Of a stretch of 64,000 nt of DNA, positions 17,907 through 28,161 are shown piece after piece. The position numbers were made by a program, and so were the translations under genes. The stretch lies in the NCBI GenBank assembly GCA_036337435.1, contig JAYZEG010000041.1, positions 32,001 through 96,000 on the forward strand. Reading direction: 5' to 3'. Below the pieces are notes generated by a model. The model saw only the letters and a list, made by a program, of their open reading frames with translations. It was not told where the DNA came from and ran no database searches. Source of the stretch: Myxococcota bacterium (lineage in GTDB: Bacteria; Myxococcota_A; Bradymonadia; UBA7976; UBA1532). The stretch's first letter is position 1, and each line of letters begins with the position of its first letter.

Positions 17907-20546
17907 TTAGCGTCGGATTCGCGTTCGAATCAGCCCGAGTGCAGCAATCAAGAGAAGGGCAAAGGGCGTCGGTGCATCGTTAGAGCCGACATCACAATCA
18001 CATCCTTCTCCCTCACCGTCTGCATCAGAGTCGCCACCGGTTTGGTTGTCAGAGTTATTGCCACCCGTTCCGGCCGTACCACCGTCAGCATCGGAGCCGC
18101 CACCGCTGCCACCAGCACCACCGATTCCGCCATCGGAATCAGAACCACCGCCGCCACCACCGGCACCACCCATACCCGCATCGGTTTCTGCACTACCCAT
18201 GTCGGTCTCGGACATACCCATGTCGGGTTGTTCGACGTTCTGGTTCCAATCGGCCACGCATTGCGCTGTTCCATCGATGACCTGGCAGCGCTGGTTGGCA
18301 GGGCATGTCACACCACTGCACGGGTCGTCAACGCATTGACCACCAAGGCAGGTTCGACCGGCCCCACATTCGTCTGGGTTGCAATTGTCTTCCTGGCATG
18401 TTTCGTCTGCGCAGGCTTGTCCCTCGGCACATACAACGCCGCCACAGTTGACTTCGACGCATTGCCCGTCAACACAGTCTTGACCGTAAGGACAAGAGAT
18501 TCCGGCGCAAGAAAAGACGCATTGGCCGTCTCGACAGAAGCTTGTATCGCCGCATTCGATGCCATCACACGGATTTGGAACGCACACGCCTTCACGGCAA
18601 AGCTGCGTACCCGGGCAACCCGCTTCATAGCAGTCACCTTCACCGTAGCATTCTCCGTTTACACAATACTCGTCATCTGAACATTCTACGCCCTCACAAG
18701 GGTCCGTGCAGAGCCCGTTTGCAGGGTCACAGGGCCGACCAGCAGGACATTCAACACCGGCACACAGGGAAACGCAACTGCCCTCAGCACAGTATTGTCC
18801 ATCAGGACAGCCTTGTCCGCCTTCACAAGCACTTGCACATTCTCCGAGAACGCACTCGTCCCCGCCGCCGCACAGGTCTGCTCCCTCGTCGATCAAGCCG
18901 TCGCAATCATCGTCATTGCCGTTGCAGCTCTCACTTGGTGTTGCACCGCATGTGCCGCAATCATTCAGCAGTCCCTCGTCCGCTGTTCCGTCACAGTCAT
19001 TGTCGATCAGGTCACAGACCTCCTCGATGGGGCTCGTGTCTGCGCGGCAGACAACACGTCCGGCAGCGGAACATTCCAGGTGCCCTTGGCCGCATTGGCC
19101 AGGGAGACCTGTTGCGCACGCTGTCGGATCGATAACTGGTGAGCCATCCGGCAGCGCATCAACGAGGTTGTCGCAATCATTGTCCACACCATCGCAGACC
19201 TCGGGGTTGCCGTCCGGTACACAAATGTAGCGGTCGCACGCATCGCCAACACCATCCATATCGGTGTCATCTTGGCTGCGGTTGATGACTTTCGGACAAT
19301 TATCACACGCATCACCAATGCCGTCCTCATCTTCGTCAGCTTGGTCTGGATTCGGTACGTCTGGGCAGTTGTCATCAACACCGCACAGTCCATCTTCATC
19401 CGTGTCGAGGCAAACGCCTCCCAGGGAGCGTTCGAGGATCAAGAGCGCAAACGCGTGACTTGAATTTTCCGTCCAACCACGCGGACTGCCATTGGCCTGG
19501 GAACCCCACGCACCATTGTTGTCCTGCCATTGCAGCAGTGTGTATGAGTAGTCGAAGTAGTGGGATGGTTCTTCTTCCGGATAGCCCAGAGCGGCGGGGT
19601 CGCGATCACCAAATGCATCGGAGTAGATTGCACCACCCAAGCCATCATTCTCAGACACTGTCAGTGCTTTTTCCCCAGCCCACATGTAGTAAAAGGTACT
19701 GGTCGGATTAAAGGCATTGCCGACCATGCGGTCGAATGTGTAGTTCTGCCTGAGCCAACTCAATGAATTTTGGGGGCGTGGGTCACCGGCGGGAATTTGG
19801 GCCAGTCGATAGCACCAAAGGGCTGATGCGGCCATCGATGATGTCGACCCTTGTCCTGGTCGATATGCGCTCCCACCATCTGCATTCTGGCTTGCCATGA
19901 GAAAGTTGACAACATTGGGCAGTGCTTGGTCCGCACCGTCGATTACATTCGCCGCGGCGGACAAGCCAGCGACCGCGAATTGGGTCGTCGACAGGTCACC
20001 TGATGCTTGAGGTGCGCCGTAATTCCAACCACCGTTGTTGTTGGGTGCCTGGCGACCTTGATTATTTTGAAGTGAGAAAACACCGTTGGCAATGGCTGCA
20101 GATGCCGTGACTGGAGCACCCACTTCATCTGGGCCGCCCGTGGCGACGTACGCTGCCAGTGCCATGAGATTACCGCCCGCCACGTAAATGTACGGCACTG
20201 CAGCACCATTGGTCATGCTTTGCTCATTGGCGATCATGTTTTGAATCAGGCGAATGACCATCGCTTGGTCATTGGGGTCCATCCCTTGAAAACCTTGGGC
20301 TCGGCCGCCCCAGCCTACACCTTGCCGCTTTTCGAGGAAGGTGAGTGCGCCAAGGAAGTTATGCCGCGAATTGGCTTCGTTAAAGTTGCCAGCACCGCGC
20401 TCTTGATTGCGAAAATGTTGCAGACCCGCATTAATGGCGTCATCGACAGCGCAGGCGAAGGGCGTTCCCTCGCAGCCTTGAGCTGACACAACTGAGAGTG
20501 TGCCACTCCCTAACAATAAGAGTCCTGCGAGAATCAGTACGCGCAT
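17907..20546 (-). CDS. MYXO-CTERM surface protein: QW-repeat alpha/alpha barrel, TSP3 repeats, MopE-related motifs and Cys-rich repeats
   Basis: Signal peptide; [50 protein letters not shown]; tail [25 protein letters not shown]. Confidence 0.85.
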   Translation of the reverse strand: MRVLILAGLLLLGSGTLSVVSAQGCEGTPFACAVDDAINAGLQHFRNQERGAGNFNEANSRHNFLGALTFLEKRQGVGWGGRAQGFQGMDPNDQAMVIRLIQNMIANEQSMTNGAAVPYIYVAGGNLMALAAYVATGGPDEVGAPVTASAAIANGVFSLQNNQGRQAPNNNGGWNYGAPQASGDLSTTQFAVAGLSAAANVIDGADQALPNVVNFLMASQNADGGSAYRPGQGSTSSMAASALWCYRLAQIPAGDPRPQNSLSWLRQNYTFDRMVGNAFNPTSTFYYMWAGEKALTVSENDGLGGAIYSDAFGDRDPAALGYPEEEPSHYFDYSYTLLQWQDNNGAWGSQANGSPRGWTENSSHAFALLILERSLGGVCLDTDEDGLCGVDDNCPDVPNPDQADEDEDGIGDACDNCPKVINRSQDDTDMDGVGDACDRYICVPDGNPEVCDGVDNDCDNLVDALPDGSPVIDPTACATGLPGQCGQGHLECSAAGRVVCRADTSPIEEVCDLIDNDCDGTADEGLLNDCGTCGATPSESCNGNDDDCDGLIDEGADLCGGGDECVLGECASACEGGQGCPDGQYCAEGSCVSLCAGVECPAGRPCDPANGLCTDPCEGVECSDDEYCVNGECYGEGDCYEAGCPGTQLCREGVCVPNPCDGIECGDTSFCRDGQCVFSCAGISCPYGQDCVDGQCVEVNCGGVVCAEGQACADETCQEDNCNPDECGAGRTCLGGQCVDDPCSGVTCPANQRCQVIDGTAQCVADWNQNVEQPDMGMSETDMGSAETDAGMGGAGGGGGGSDSDGGIGGAGGSGGGSDADGGTAGTGGNNSDNQTGGDSDADGEGEGCDCDVGSNDAPTPFALLLIAALGLIRTRIRR

Positions 20547-20706
20547 GCTGATGCCCCTTCTTCAATTACACTGTGGAACCGACTGCCCCTCCACCCGTGA
20601 GAGACACCGAACCCTTCAAGTGTCACACCATACGTGAAAATACCTATCAGATCCACTCGACAGTGCGTCTCGAGGTCGAATTTCGATGATTGATCTTGCT
20701 GCCGAA

Positions 20707-21885
20707 TTAGCTGAATGCTGAGTGTCCTGTCAGTGCACGTCCGATAGCGAGGGTGTGAACCTCGTGAGTGCCCTCATAAGTGTAGACACTTTCAAGATTG
20801 GCCGCATGTCGCATAATCGGATACTCAGCCATAATGCCGTTGCCACCCAAGATGCTCCTGGATTCACGTGCGATGTCGAGAGCGAGCCCAACATTCTCTC
20901 TTTTAGCAAGACTGACTTGGATAGGGGTCAGACGGCCCGCATCTTTGGCATCGGCGAGGTGTTTGGACAGTAGGTGACCCGTCACGATACGCGCGCCCAT
21001 ATCAACCAGTTTCTTCTGAGTGAGTTGGAAAGACGAAATGGTTTTTCCGAACTGGGTTCGCTCGTTTGCATAATTTAAGGCTGTTTCGAAACAGCACAAC
21101 GCTGCACCCAAAGCACCCCATGAAATTCCATATCGTGCTTGTGTTAAACAGCTCAAAGGCCCCTTGAGACCCGCAACGTCAGGCAGCATATTCTGCTCTG
21201 GCACAAAGCAATCCTCCAGTACGATCTCGCCCGTCCAGGATGCTCGAAGACTCATCTTGTCTTTCATTTTAGGGGTCGTGAAGCCATCGAAGTCTCGCTC
21301 AACGAGAAAGCCTCGGATACTTCTTGCTGAGTCACTGTCAACCTTCGCCCAGACGATTGCGACCTTGGCTATTGGTGAATTTGTAATCCACATTTTGCTG
21401 CCATTGAGTATGTAGCCGCCATCTACTTTCTTGGCGACTGTCCTCATTGAACTGGGGTCGCTGCCGCTGTCCGGCTCCGTTAAGCCAAAGCATCCAATGA
21501 TCTCTCCTGCCGCCATCTTTGGCAAGAATCGTGTCTTCTGGTCCTCGGTACCAAACGCCCAGATCGGATACATACACAATGCGCCTTGCACACTGGCAAA
21601 ACTTCGGAGCCCGCTGTCGACGTATTCCAACTCGCGCATAATTAACCCGTACGCGGTGGCATCGAGGCCGGCACAGCCGTAGCCCGTTAGGTTGGCTCCT
21701 AAAACACCCATCTTCCCCAGACCTGGGATGAGATCATTAGGAAATGTTTCGTTGATGTACCAAGAGGCAACGCCGGGTTCGAACTCATTGCGTGCAAATC
21801 GACGGACATTGTCGCGTACCATGCATTGCTCTTCAGTCCAAAGATGTTCGATATCGAACAGATCAAGTAGGGGCGTTGCATTCAT
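20707..21885 (-). CDS. gcdH: Glutaryl-CoA dehydrogenase family acyl-CoA dehydrogenase
   Basis: VDSGLRSFASVQ, GCFGLTEPDSGSDP, KMWITNSP, TYEGTHEVH. Confidence 0.88.
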   Translation of the reverse strand: MNATPLLDLFDIEHLWTEEQCMVRDNVRRFARNEFEPGVASWYINETFPNDLIPGLGKMGVLGANLTGYGCAGLDATAYGLIMRELEYVDSGLRSFASVQGALCMYPIWAFGTEDQKTRFLPKMAAGEIIGCFGLTEPDSGSDPSSMRTVAKKVDGGYILNGSKMWITNSPIAKVAIVWAKVDSDSARSIRGFLVERDFDGFTTPKMKDKMSLRASWTGEIVLEDCFVPEQNMLPDVAGLKGPLSCLTQARYGISWGALGAALCCFETALNYANERTQFGKTISSFQLTQKKLVDMGARIVTGHLLSKHLADAKDAGRLTPIQVSLAKRENVGLALDIARESRSILGGNGIMAEYPIMRHAANLESVYTYEGTHEVHTLAIGRALTGHSAFS

Positions 21886-22661
21886 CGTATTTGCTCCAAA
21901 TGTTCTTGTACTTCAGTCACGACCATCGTTCGCAGCACACTATAGAGTCGCTCACCCTCGTCGCTGGTTGCAGTACCGGGTGTACCGGTATAGGCCGAGT
22001 CGGCTCCAGCCTCAAGGAAACTCGTCTTGCCGGCCTTAATCGCTTTGCTTAAACTGATGTCGACACCAGGCAGCTGCCGCGCAGCGTCGTGCCGAAAGAG
22101 TTCAGGTGTCGCCGCTAAAATCAGCGACCCTTCATATTCGCCAGCATGACATGCACCGCTTCGGAATTCATCCCCCAAGAGCCGACCCCATCTGCGATCG
22201 ATGACCAAGGGGAGACTGGCATGGCCCGGTCCGTGCTGGTCATTAATCAGCGTTTTCGATCTTTGCAATGCACTGAGCTGCCCGGGTTCTAAATGGTGAT
22301 TTATCAGGCACACATGGGCAAATCCATTGTTGAGGAAAGACGTCATTGCAGACGTTAAAAAGTCCACCAAGGTGTCCTCGGGAATGGTGATGGCACCTGA
22401 AAAACCGGCGGCAAATTCGGTGACGCCATAGGGTAAATCCGGTGCTACAAGCGCATAGATGCCAGCACGTCTCAGCTCGTTTGCTGCGTCGATAGCATTG
22501 CGTCTGGATAAGATGATGTCCGTGGCCAATGGAAGATGCGGGCCATGGGGTTCGGTGCTTCCCACGGGCCACAGGAGGACAGCATCGTTTGTTTGCTCAA
22601 GTTGTGCACGCAGTTCGGTGGTCGCTATTTCACCGAGGAATATGGTCTCTCGATCAGTCAT
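21882..22661 (-). CDS. Creatininase / amidohydrolase family protein
   Basis: PVGSTEPHGPHLPLATD and HAGEYEGS motifs; start at 22661 overlaps the ligase stop. Confidence 0.88.
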   Translation of the reverse strand: MTDRETIFLGEIATTELRAQLEQTNDAVLLWPVGSTEPHGPHLPLATDIILSRRNAIDAANELRRAGIYALVAPDLPYGVTEFAAGFSGAITIPEDTLVDFLTSAMTSFLNNGFAHVCLINHHLEPGQLSALQRSKTLINDQHGPGHASLPLVIDRRWGRLLGDEFRSGACHAGEYEGSLILAATPELFRHDAARQLPGVDISLSKAIKAGKTSFLEAGADSAYTGTPGTATSDEGERLYSVLRTMVVTEVQEHLEQIR

Positions 22662-24228
22662 GTCGCAAGGCCTTTTTATCCACTTTACCACGATCATTTC
22701 TCGGTAATTCATCGACGAATACGATCTCTCGTGGATATTTATATTTTGCCAGATTGTTACGCACAAAGTCTTTTAATTCGTTCGCCAGAGCCTCACTGGG
22801 TGCTGTTCTGATTTCGACATATGCACGCGTGGACATGAGTTCTTTGACAGTTACTCCGATGACGGCCGCCTCTGCGACCAGTGGATGCTCTGCCAAACAA
22901 TGCTCAATTTCCAATGGGCTGACCCATTGCCCAGAGACCTTCAAAAGCTGGTCCGCACGCCCACAGAACCAATAATAGCCAGCTTGGTCTCGTCGGAAGA
23001 GGTCGCCTGAGCGACACCAATGTCCGTGAAATGTTGTCCAGGATTTCTCCCGGTCCAACCAATAACCCGATGCAACGCTATCGCCTTTGATCCAAAGGAC
23101 GCCAGGCTCGCCTGTCGGAACCTCCTTGGCACCGGGCCCTTCGGCATCAGCACTTAGAATTTTTAGCTGGTAGCCATCGACCGGTCGACCCAATGAGCCC
23201 GGTTTTATGTCCCCGGGTCGGTTTGTCAAATAGATGTGGAACATTTCGGCACTTCCAATGCCATCGAACACGGGGACATCGAATCGGGCGAGCCATCGCT
23301 CGAGTAGGGCCGGTGGCAATGCTTCGCCGGCACTCAGTGAAAACCGAAGCGAAGAGAAGTCTAAACGTTTTTGTTGATCGGCGTCGAGGAGGCGACCCAT
23401 CAGCGTTGGCACGTTTGTGAGTACCGTCGCTGAATAATAATCGATCGCCCAAGCGATCCTCTCCGCTGTCGGTTTCTCGGTGAACAATCCAGCACACGCG
23501 CCAACGGCAAACGGAAACATGAGATTTGTCCCCGTTGCATAGCCGAAAAATAAGCGTGGAACGCTGACGCAAACATCGTCTTTATCATAGCCAATCGTCT
23601 CTTTTGCATAGCGTTCCGTGTTGAAATAAAAGTCCCTGTGGCAATGCATGGCGGCTTTTGGGCGTCCTGTGCTTCCACTGGTAAAAAGCCAGATGGCTGG
23701 CGAATCTAGATAGGAGGTAGGAAATGACTCATTGACCGTGAGTGAGTCGAGTGCCGTGGATAGGCAATCGTCGGTGTCGAGTTGCCGCTCCGGATCCTCC
23801 ATCGTCGATGCGTCGGGAACGACAAAAAGTTTAGGGGGGGAGATCTGCATAGTGAGGAGAGGTCGAAGTATATCAGCAACCGATTCGGTGGTAACCAAGA
23901 CCCTCGCTTGGACATAATTGGTCACGTAGATGAGCTCCTCAGGCTTCGACAATGGATTCCCCATTGCAATGGTTCCACCCGCTTTCAACGCCCCAAAAAA
24001 AGCCCATGCGAACGGCGGCATGTCGGGGAGTATCAGATAGACCCGGTCTCCTGAGTTCAAGCCCGATTGAGTCATTAATGTGGCTGTCTTCAAAGCTCGG
24101 TCCGCGATTGTCTTGTAGGAGTACGACCGGTCACCAAATCGGATTGCGGTTCGGTCTCCCATACCCTCGGCAATCCGATCGAAGAGGTAATAATCGGCCA
24201 AGTTAAATTCGGTTGCAATCGTCGACAT
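22654..24228 (-). CDS. Benzoate/aryl-CoA ligase family protein
   Basis: LFTSGSTGRPK, LFFGYATG, SAGEALP, DGIGSAEMFHI, SGD, GRAD..LKVSG, YKYPR, GK. Confidence 0.9.
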   Translation of the reverse strand: MSTIATEFNLADYYLFDRIAEGMGDRTAIRFGDRSYSYKTIADRALKTATLMTQSGLNSGDRVYLILPDMPPFAWAFFGALKAGGTIAMGNPLSKPEELIYVTNYVQARVLVTTESVADILRPLLTMQISPPKLFVVPDASTMEDPERQLDTDDCLSTALDSLTVNESFPTSYLDSPAIWLFTSGSTGRPKAAMHCHRDFYFNTERYAKETIGYDKDDVCVSVPRLFFGYATGTNLMFPFAVGACAGLFTEKPTAERIAWAIDYYSATVLTNVPTLMGRLLDADQQKRLDFSSLRFSLSAGEALPPALLERWLARFDVPVFDGIGSAEMFHIYLTNRPGDIKPGSLGRPVDGYQLKILSADAEGPGAKEVPTGEPGVLWIKGDSVASGYWLDREKSWTTFHGHWCRSGDLFRRDQAGYYWFCGRADQLLKVSGQWVSPLEIEHCLAEHPLVAEAAVIGVTVKELMSTRAYVEIRTAPSEALANELKDFVRNNLAKYKYPREIVFVDELPRNDRGKVDKKALRHD

Positions 24229-24398
24229 CAACACGTCCCCGTCTCTCTGCATCAGCAAAGGCTTACCGAAGTATAACCACTGTCGTCAACGCCACAAATT
24301 GACAGGTGGCCTTTGCGGTGCGACATTTTGGTTAGCGAGTAGGGGCTTTGTCTGAGCCAAATGGGTTTGATTCACGCTGATTCCTAAGGGGGCACCAC

Positions 24399-25805
24399 GT
24401 GAAGTTTAATTGTCCGAAATGCAATACGCCACACATGTTTCCGGATGCCGAAATTCCTGAAGAGGGACTGGTTGTCGAGTGCACTGCGTGTGGGCACCAT
24501 ATCGGTTTGGACTCTTTTGCAGCTGAGGGTGATGACAAGACCAACATACAGTTTGAACAGCAGCCAGCAGACGATCCGCGCGCTGTCCTCTCCGCACGCA
24601 TTAAATTGGACGATGCTGATTGGGCGGAGATGGAAGATTCGAGAATTATGCCTGCCCTGGAATCGGGTCAGCCGACATCTCGGCCCAAACCTGAGGGGAT
24701 CGGTTCCAAGCAGCCTGGGCAGCAGCCATCGCCCGTCAGCGAAGCCTTGATCTCGTTGCAAGGTGCCGTTGGATTTAATGAACCTGGCTTATCCGCTGGC
24801 CATACACCCTCTCCGAGCTCAGACAGCGCGGATGTTTCCGATCGCTTGGGTGGCACTTTTTTTACATGGCGTGACTTGATCCAAGCTCTCGCCGCTCCCT
24901 TCGAGACCCGGCGATTTTTGGCTGTCATGGGTGCCATTTGGGCCGTTCTGATTATTCATTCATGTCTCACTTGGCTGGCCTTGAAAGTAACCCTGAAAAG
25001 CGGTGCTTTGGGTGGCACTTTGGCACTTGTCACCTGGTCGATTAGCGTCGTCCTAGGCTGTTTGATTTGTGGATTCTGTGCGCACCAAACCTATCGGGAA
25101 TGCGTTGAAAAACAGTCCACCACAATTCGCTCGAGCGTTGATTGGGTTCGGGGTTGGCTTTCGAGTATTCTTGGAGCACCTGTGGTCGCGGTCGGCGTGA
25201 TCGCCATCATCGTCGTCCTCGAATCTTTGGTCGGATTCATGGGACGCATTCCGTACGCAGGTCCAGTCATCTGGGGCGTTTTGAGCATTTTTGTGGTTTT
25301 GGTGAGTATCGCAGGTGGATTGGCTTTGGTTGCGATGACCTATGGCTTACTTCTCTACATTCCACTGATTATTGCCGAACGCACCGGACCGATTGACACT
25401 CTCAAAAGGATCCTATCGCTGTTTAAAAATCACAGTTCCAAGATCATTGTACTCGGCACGACATCGATGCTTGGGATAGGTGTATTTTTGGGACTTACAT
25501 TAGTCCCCGCACTTTTCGTCGGTCGAGAATTCACAAACCGAGTTGCGCAAATTAGCATGGGCGGCGCATTTCAGATGACGGTTGACCATACGCCAGGCGC
25601 ATTTGGCTTGATGAGCCGCTTATTCTTTAGACCTGGATATTCAGAGCTCACTACAGCACCCAATATCGGTCATGACATCGGCGGTTTTTTCACGGGGATG
25701 GCCGCGTTGATCGTGCCGTCGGTTACGCTGACATTTGTCGCGTTGATGACCACCTGTGCCGGTGGTCTGATCTATGCCATCGTCATCGGACGCACTAAAA
25801 GTTAG
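24399..25805 (+). CDS. MJ0042-type zinc-ribbon multi-pass membrane protein
   Basis: MKFNCPKC..IP..G..VECTACGH followed by about six hydrophobic segments. Confidence 0.8.
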   Translation: MKFNCPKCNTPHMFPDAEIPEEGLVVECTACGHHIGLDSFAAEGDDKTNIQFEQQPADDPRAVLSARIKLDDADWAEMEDSRIMPALESGQPTSRPKPEGIGSKQPGQQPSPVSEALISLQGAVGFNEPGLSAGHTPSPSSDSADVSDRLGGTFFTWRDLIQALAAPFETRRFLAVMGAIWAVLIIHSCLTWLALKVTLKSGALGGTLALVTWSISVVLGCLICGFCAHQTYRECVEKQSTTIRSSVDWVRGWLSSILGAPVVAVGVIAIIVVLESLVGFMGRIPYAGPVIWGVLSIFVVLVSIAGGLALVAMTYGLLLYIPLIIAERTGPIDTLKRILSLFKNHSSKIIVLGTTSMLGIGVFLGLTLVPALFVGREFTNRVAQISMGGAFQMTVDHTPGAFGLMSRLFFRPGYSELTTAPNIGHDIGGFFTGMAALIVPSVTLTFVALMTTCAGGLIYAIVIGRTKS

Positions 25806-25819
25806 GTTGCCCAAGGTCT

Positions 25820-26779
25820 CTAGACTGTCAATGGCCCTTGGACAAACCACCCCTCCGATTCGGCAGCCTTGACGAATTCATCATCGCCGTTGTCGATCGC
25901 GATGGAAACGCCTTCGCAATTTTCCAGGAGTGCGAAATCATTCATGGAATCGCCGATTGCGAGCACGGGGCTCCGGCCAACTGTATCAAGGAACAACTCT
26001 AATTTGCCCTCGTTGATCGGCGCTGGTTCGACAACCCTGTCTGTAAATCGACCGCCTTGGGATTGTAATTCGATTCCCAGAACCCGCTCCTCCGGCAGAC
26101 CAGCTCGTCGAGCCAAAGCCTTGACAATGTACGCGTTCGAACTCGATACGATCCAGGTCTCAAACCCATATGCATCTAAGACCTGCAACAGCTCTATCAT
26201 CTCGTTGAAAACACTGATTCCAGTCGGGACGACACATCCCGAAAACGGGGGTCCTGAGGGAATATCCTCGCTTGCTAGGGGACGGTCGAGCTCGTAGTCC
26301 AAGACTTCTTCTACCAGATCTGCAACCGTCCGCTCGTGCAGGCCTCGAAGCAGTTTTGTTGCGTAGAGATAGGCTTCTTCGATATCTCGGGCTTTCAAAT
26401 TTTCGTACAGGCCCATCATACCTGCGCGATAGCGTCGATAGGCTGCTGTATCATGAACTTCGCTGTCAGCCCGTCCAGCCACGGCTTTGTAAGCTGCTTG
26501 CAATGCATCGCGGCCCATTCGCTCTGGAATCACGTGATTCCAGAAACCCCGGTCGGTATTGAGTCGGCGTCTGGTGACCATGAATCGCATCATGGCTTCG
26601 CCGATGTCGTTAAAGATAAAAGTGCCATCGCAATCGATGGTGACGAGCGGCGGTCGTTCTGGATCATAATTCGGACTTGTACTGCCCTGGGTTTGTATCA
26701 GATTGACTAATGCTGCATGTGCTGCTGGTGTCCATGCCCCTGCGGGCAGGATGCTCTCGTCGATAGGTTGTTCGCTCAT
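25820..26779 (-). CDS. HAD-superfamily phosphatase
   Basis: DCDGT (motif I), VSSS (II), GK (III), GDSMND (IV). Confidence 0.88.
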   Translation of the reverse strand: MSEQPIDESILPAGAWTPAAHAALVNLIQTQGSTSPNYDPERPPLVTIDCDGTFIFNDIGEAMMRFMVTRRRLNTDRGFWNHVIPERMGRDALQAAYKAVAGRADSEVHDTAAYRRYRAGMMGLYENLKARDIEEAYLYATKLLRGLHERTVADLVEEVLDYELDRPLASEDIPSGPPFSGCVVPTGISVFNEMIELLQVLDAYGFETWIVSSSNAYIVKALARRAGLPEERVLGIELQSQGGRFTDRVVEPAPINEGKLELFLDTVGRSPVLAIGDSMNDFALLENCEGVSIAIDNGDDEFVKAAESEGWFVQGPLTV

Positions 26780-26789
26780 GATAATCCGT

Positions 26790-28091
26790 TCACCGACGCG
26801 TTCGTCTGGTGTTGATTGGGTACAGGGCCAGTAAAATGATGAGGAGACTGAGGGGGAGTGATGAATCACTCCCTGACATGGTGCAACCACCGCTGCCACC
26901 GCCCGACCCGGATTCGCCTTCTACACCACCGTCGGCTAACGCTAAGATGTTTGCGTCGGCGTCGTCAATAGACCCGTCGGACCCGGCAATTCCGCCATCG
27001 GTATCGGAATTGTCCGCTCCAGAATCTGGGTCCGCAGTGGACTCACAGATGGAATGGGAGACCTGGTGGTCACGGGTGTAGTCGCCCGTCGGTTCAGTGC
27101 GTAAGGCGATGATTCCTTGTGCTTGGGTTTCGGCCCGTAGTGCCGCTGGTGATATCCGGGTGTGGAGGCGAGTCAGAAAAGAGGAACCGCTTTCCGAAAT
27201 AGCCGTTTTTAGGGCCATATCATTGAGCGTTGTTGGGTCTAAATTTCCAGCATATTCCACGACGGTCATTCGAGTTTGGTGGACACCCAACTGCGCATCC
27301 ATTTGCTCTATATAGTTTGTTTCGTTGTCATTTAGGAACTCGACGGAATCGAAATTCAGCGGCACTGTGCGCGAAATCATCTTGGTCCTATCGGTGTTCA
27401 AAACGTAGACGACGACATCAGCCAAACCCCCATTCAAATTGGGAATCAATGTTTGAAGTGCTAGGCCTTGCCGGTCGTCGCGCGCTGCAGGGTATGAGAT
27501 GCTAATAATTGGATCGATGCGAGGCACACCCAGGTCCGCCACATTCACTCGGGCTGCGACCAACATCATGTTCTTGTTGACGATATCATCGATCATCGTC
27601 TGAGTTTCCGCGTTGATTTGGTAACCCTGGCCCGTCACAAACTCATTGAGCTCACCCGCTGTGATCTCTGCTGCTGTGTAGTAGGAGATTGCCGGTCTCA
27701 TGTCGAGTCCTGGGCCAAAGCCGTCTCCCTGAATCCACTCCCAGACCGCACCCGTCGGTCCATCTCCGTCGCAAACCGCTTGTAATCTCGGGCGGGAAAG
27801 TTCATCGAGTTCATTGAGAGCACTATTGGGGAAAATTGTCGCGCTGACACCCTCGTCCTCTGGACGATTAAAGTTTGGAATCGCCACCAACCAAATGAAG
27901 TTTTCGGCGGGCAAACCATATTTCACCTGAGTCACCAGCTGTAGACTGTCCGCATGCCGAACTACAAGCGTTCTGGACGCTGTGATCGTGGTTCCATCAG
28001 TTGTAATCAACGTACCTAAAGCCCAAGCCGATTGGCACGAAAACAAGACTGCGAAGACGGCCGCTACGACATAAAATTTGGTGGTCTTCAT
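26790..28091 (-). CDS. DUF2330-like MYXO-CTERM surface protein
   Basis: AGGAG RBS; signal peptide; QVKY..ENFIWLVAIP and FLTRLHT motifs; tail GGCTM..LPLSLLIILLAL..RRTRR. Confidence 0.75.
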   Translation of the reverse strand: MKTTKFYVVAAVFAVLFSCQSAWALGTLITTDGTTITASRTLVVRHADSLQLVTQVKYGLPAENFIWLVAIPNFNRPEDEGVSATIFPNSALNELDELSRPRLQAVCDGDGPTGAVWEWIQGDGFGPGLDMRPAISYYTAAEITAGELNEFVTGQGYQINAETQTMIDDIVNKNMMLVAARVNVADLGVPRIDPIISISYPAARDDRQGLALQTLIPNLNGGLADVVVYVLNTDRTKMISRTVPLNFDSVEFLNDNETNYIEQMDAQLGVHQTRMTVVEYAGNLDPTTLNDMALKTAISESGSSFLTRLHTRISPAALRAETQAQGIIALRTEPTGDYTRDHQVSHSICESTADPDSGADNSDTDGGIAGSDGSIDDADANILALADGGVEGESGSGGGSGGCTMSGSDSSLPLSLLIILLALYPINTRRTRR

Positions 28092-28161
28092 GAGCACTCC
28101 TAAGAACGAAATCGTTTAGGTCGCGAGAAACTAAGACGCAAGTGGACTAGATGTCAATCTA

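Noticed and set aside
17847..19230. Long plus-strand ORFs (277, 197 and 174 aa) opposite the MYXO-CTERM gene
   Set aside because: Antisense shadows of a repetitive Cys/Gly-rich gene, with no motifs
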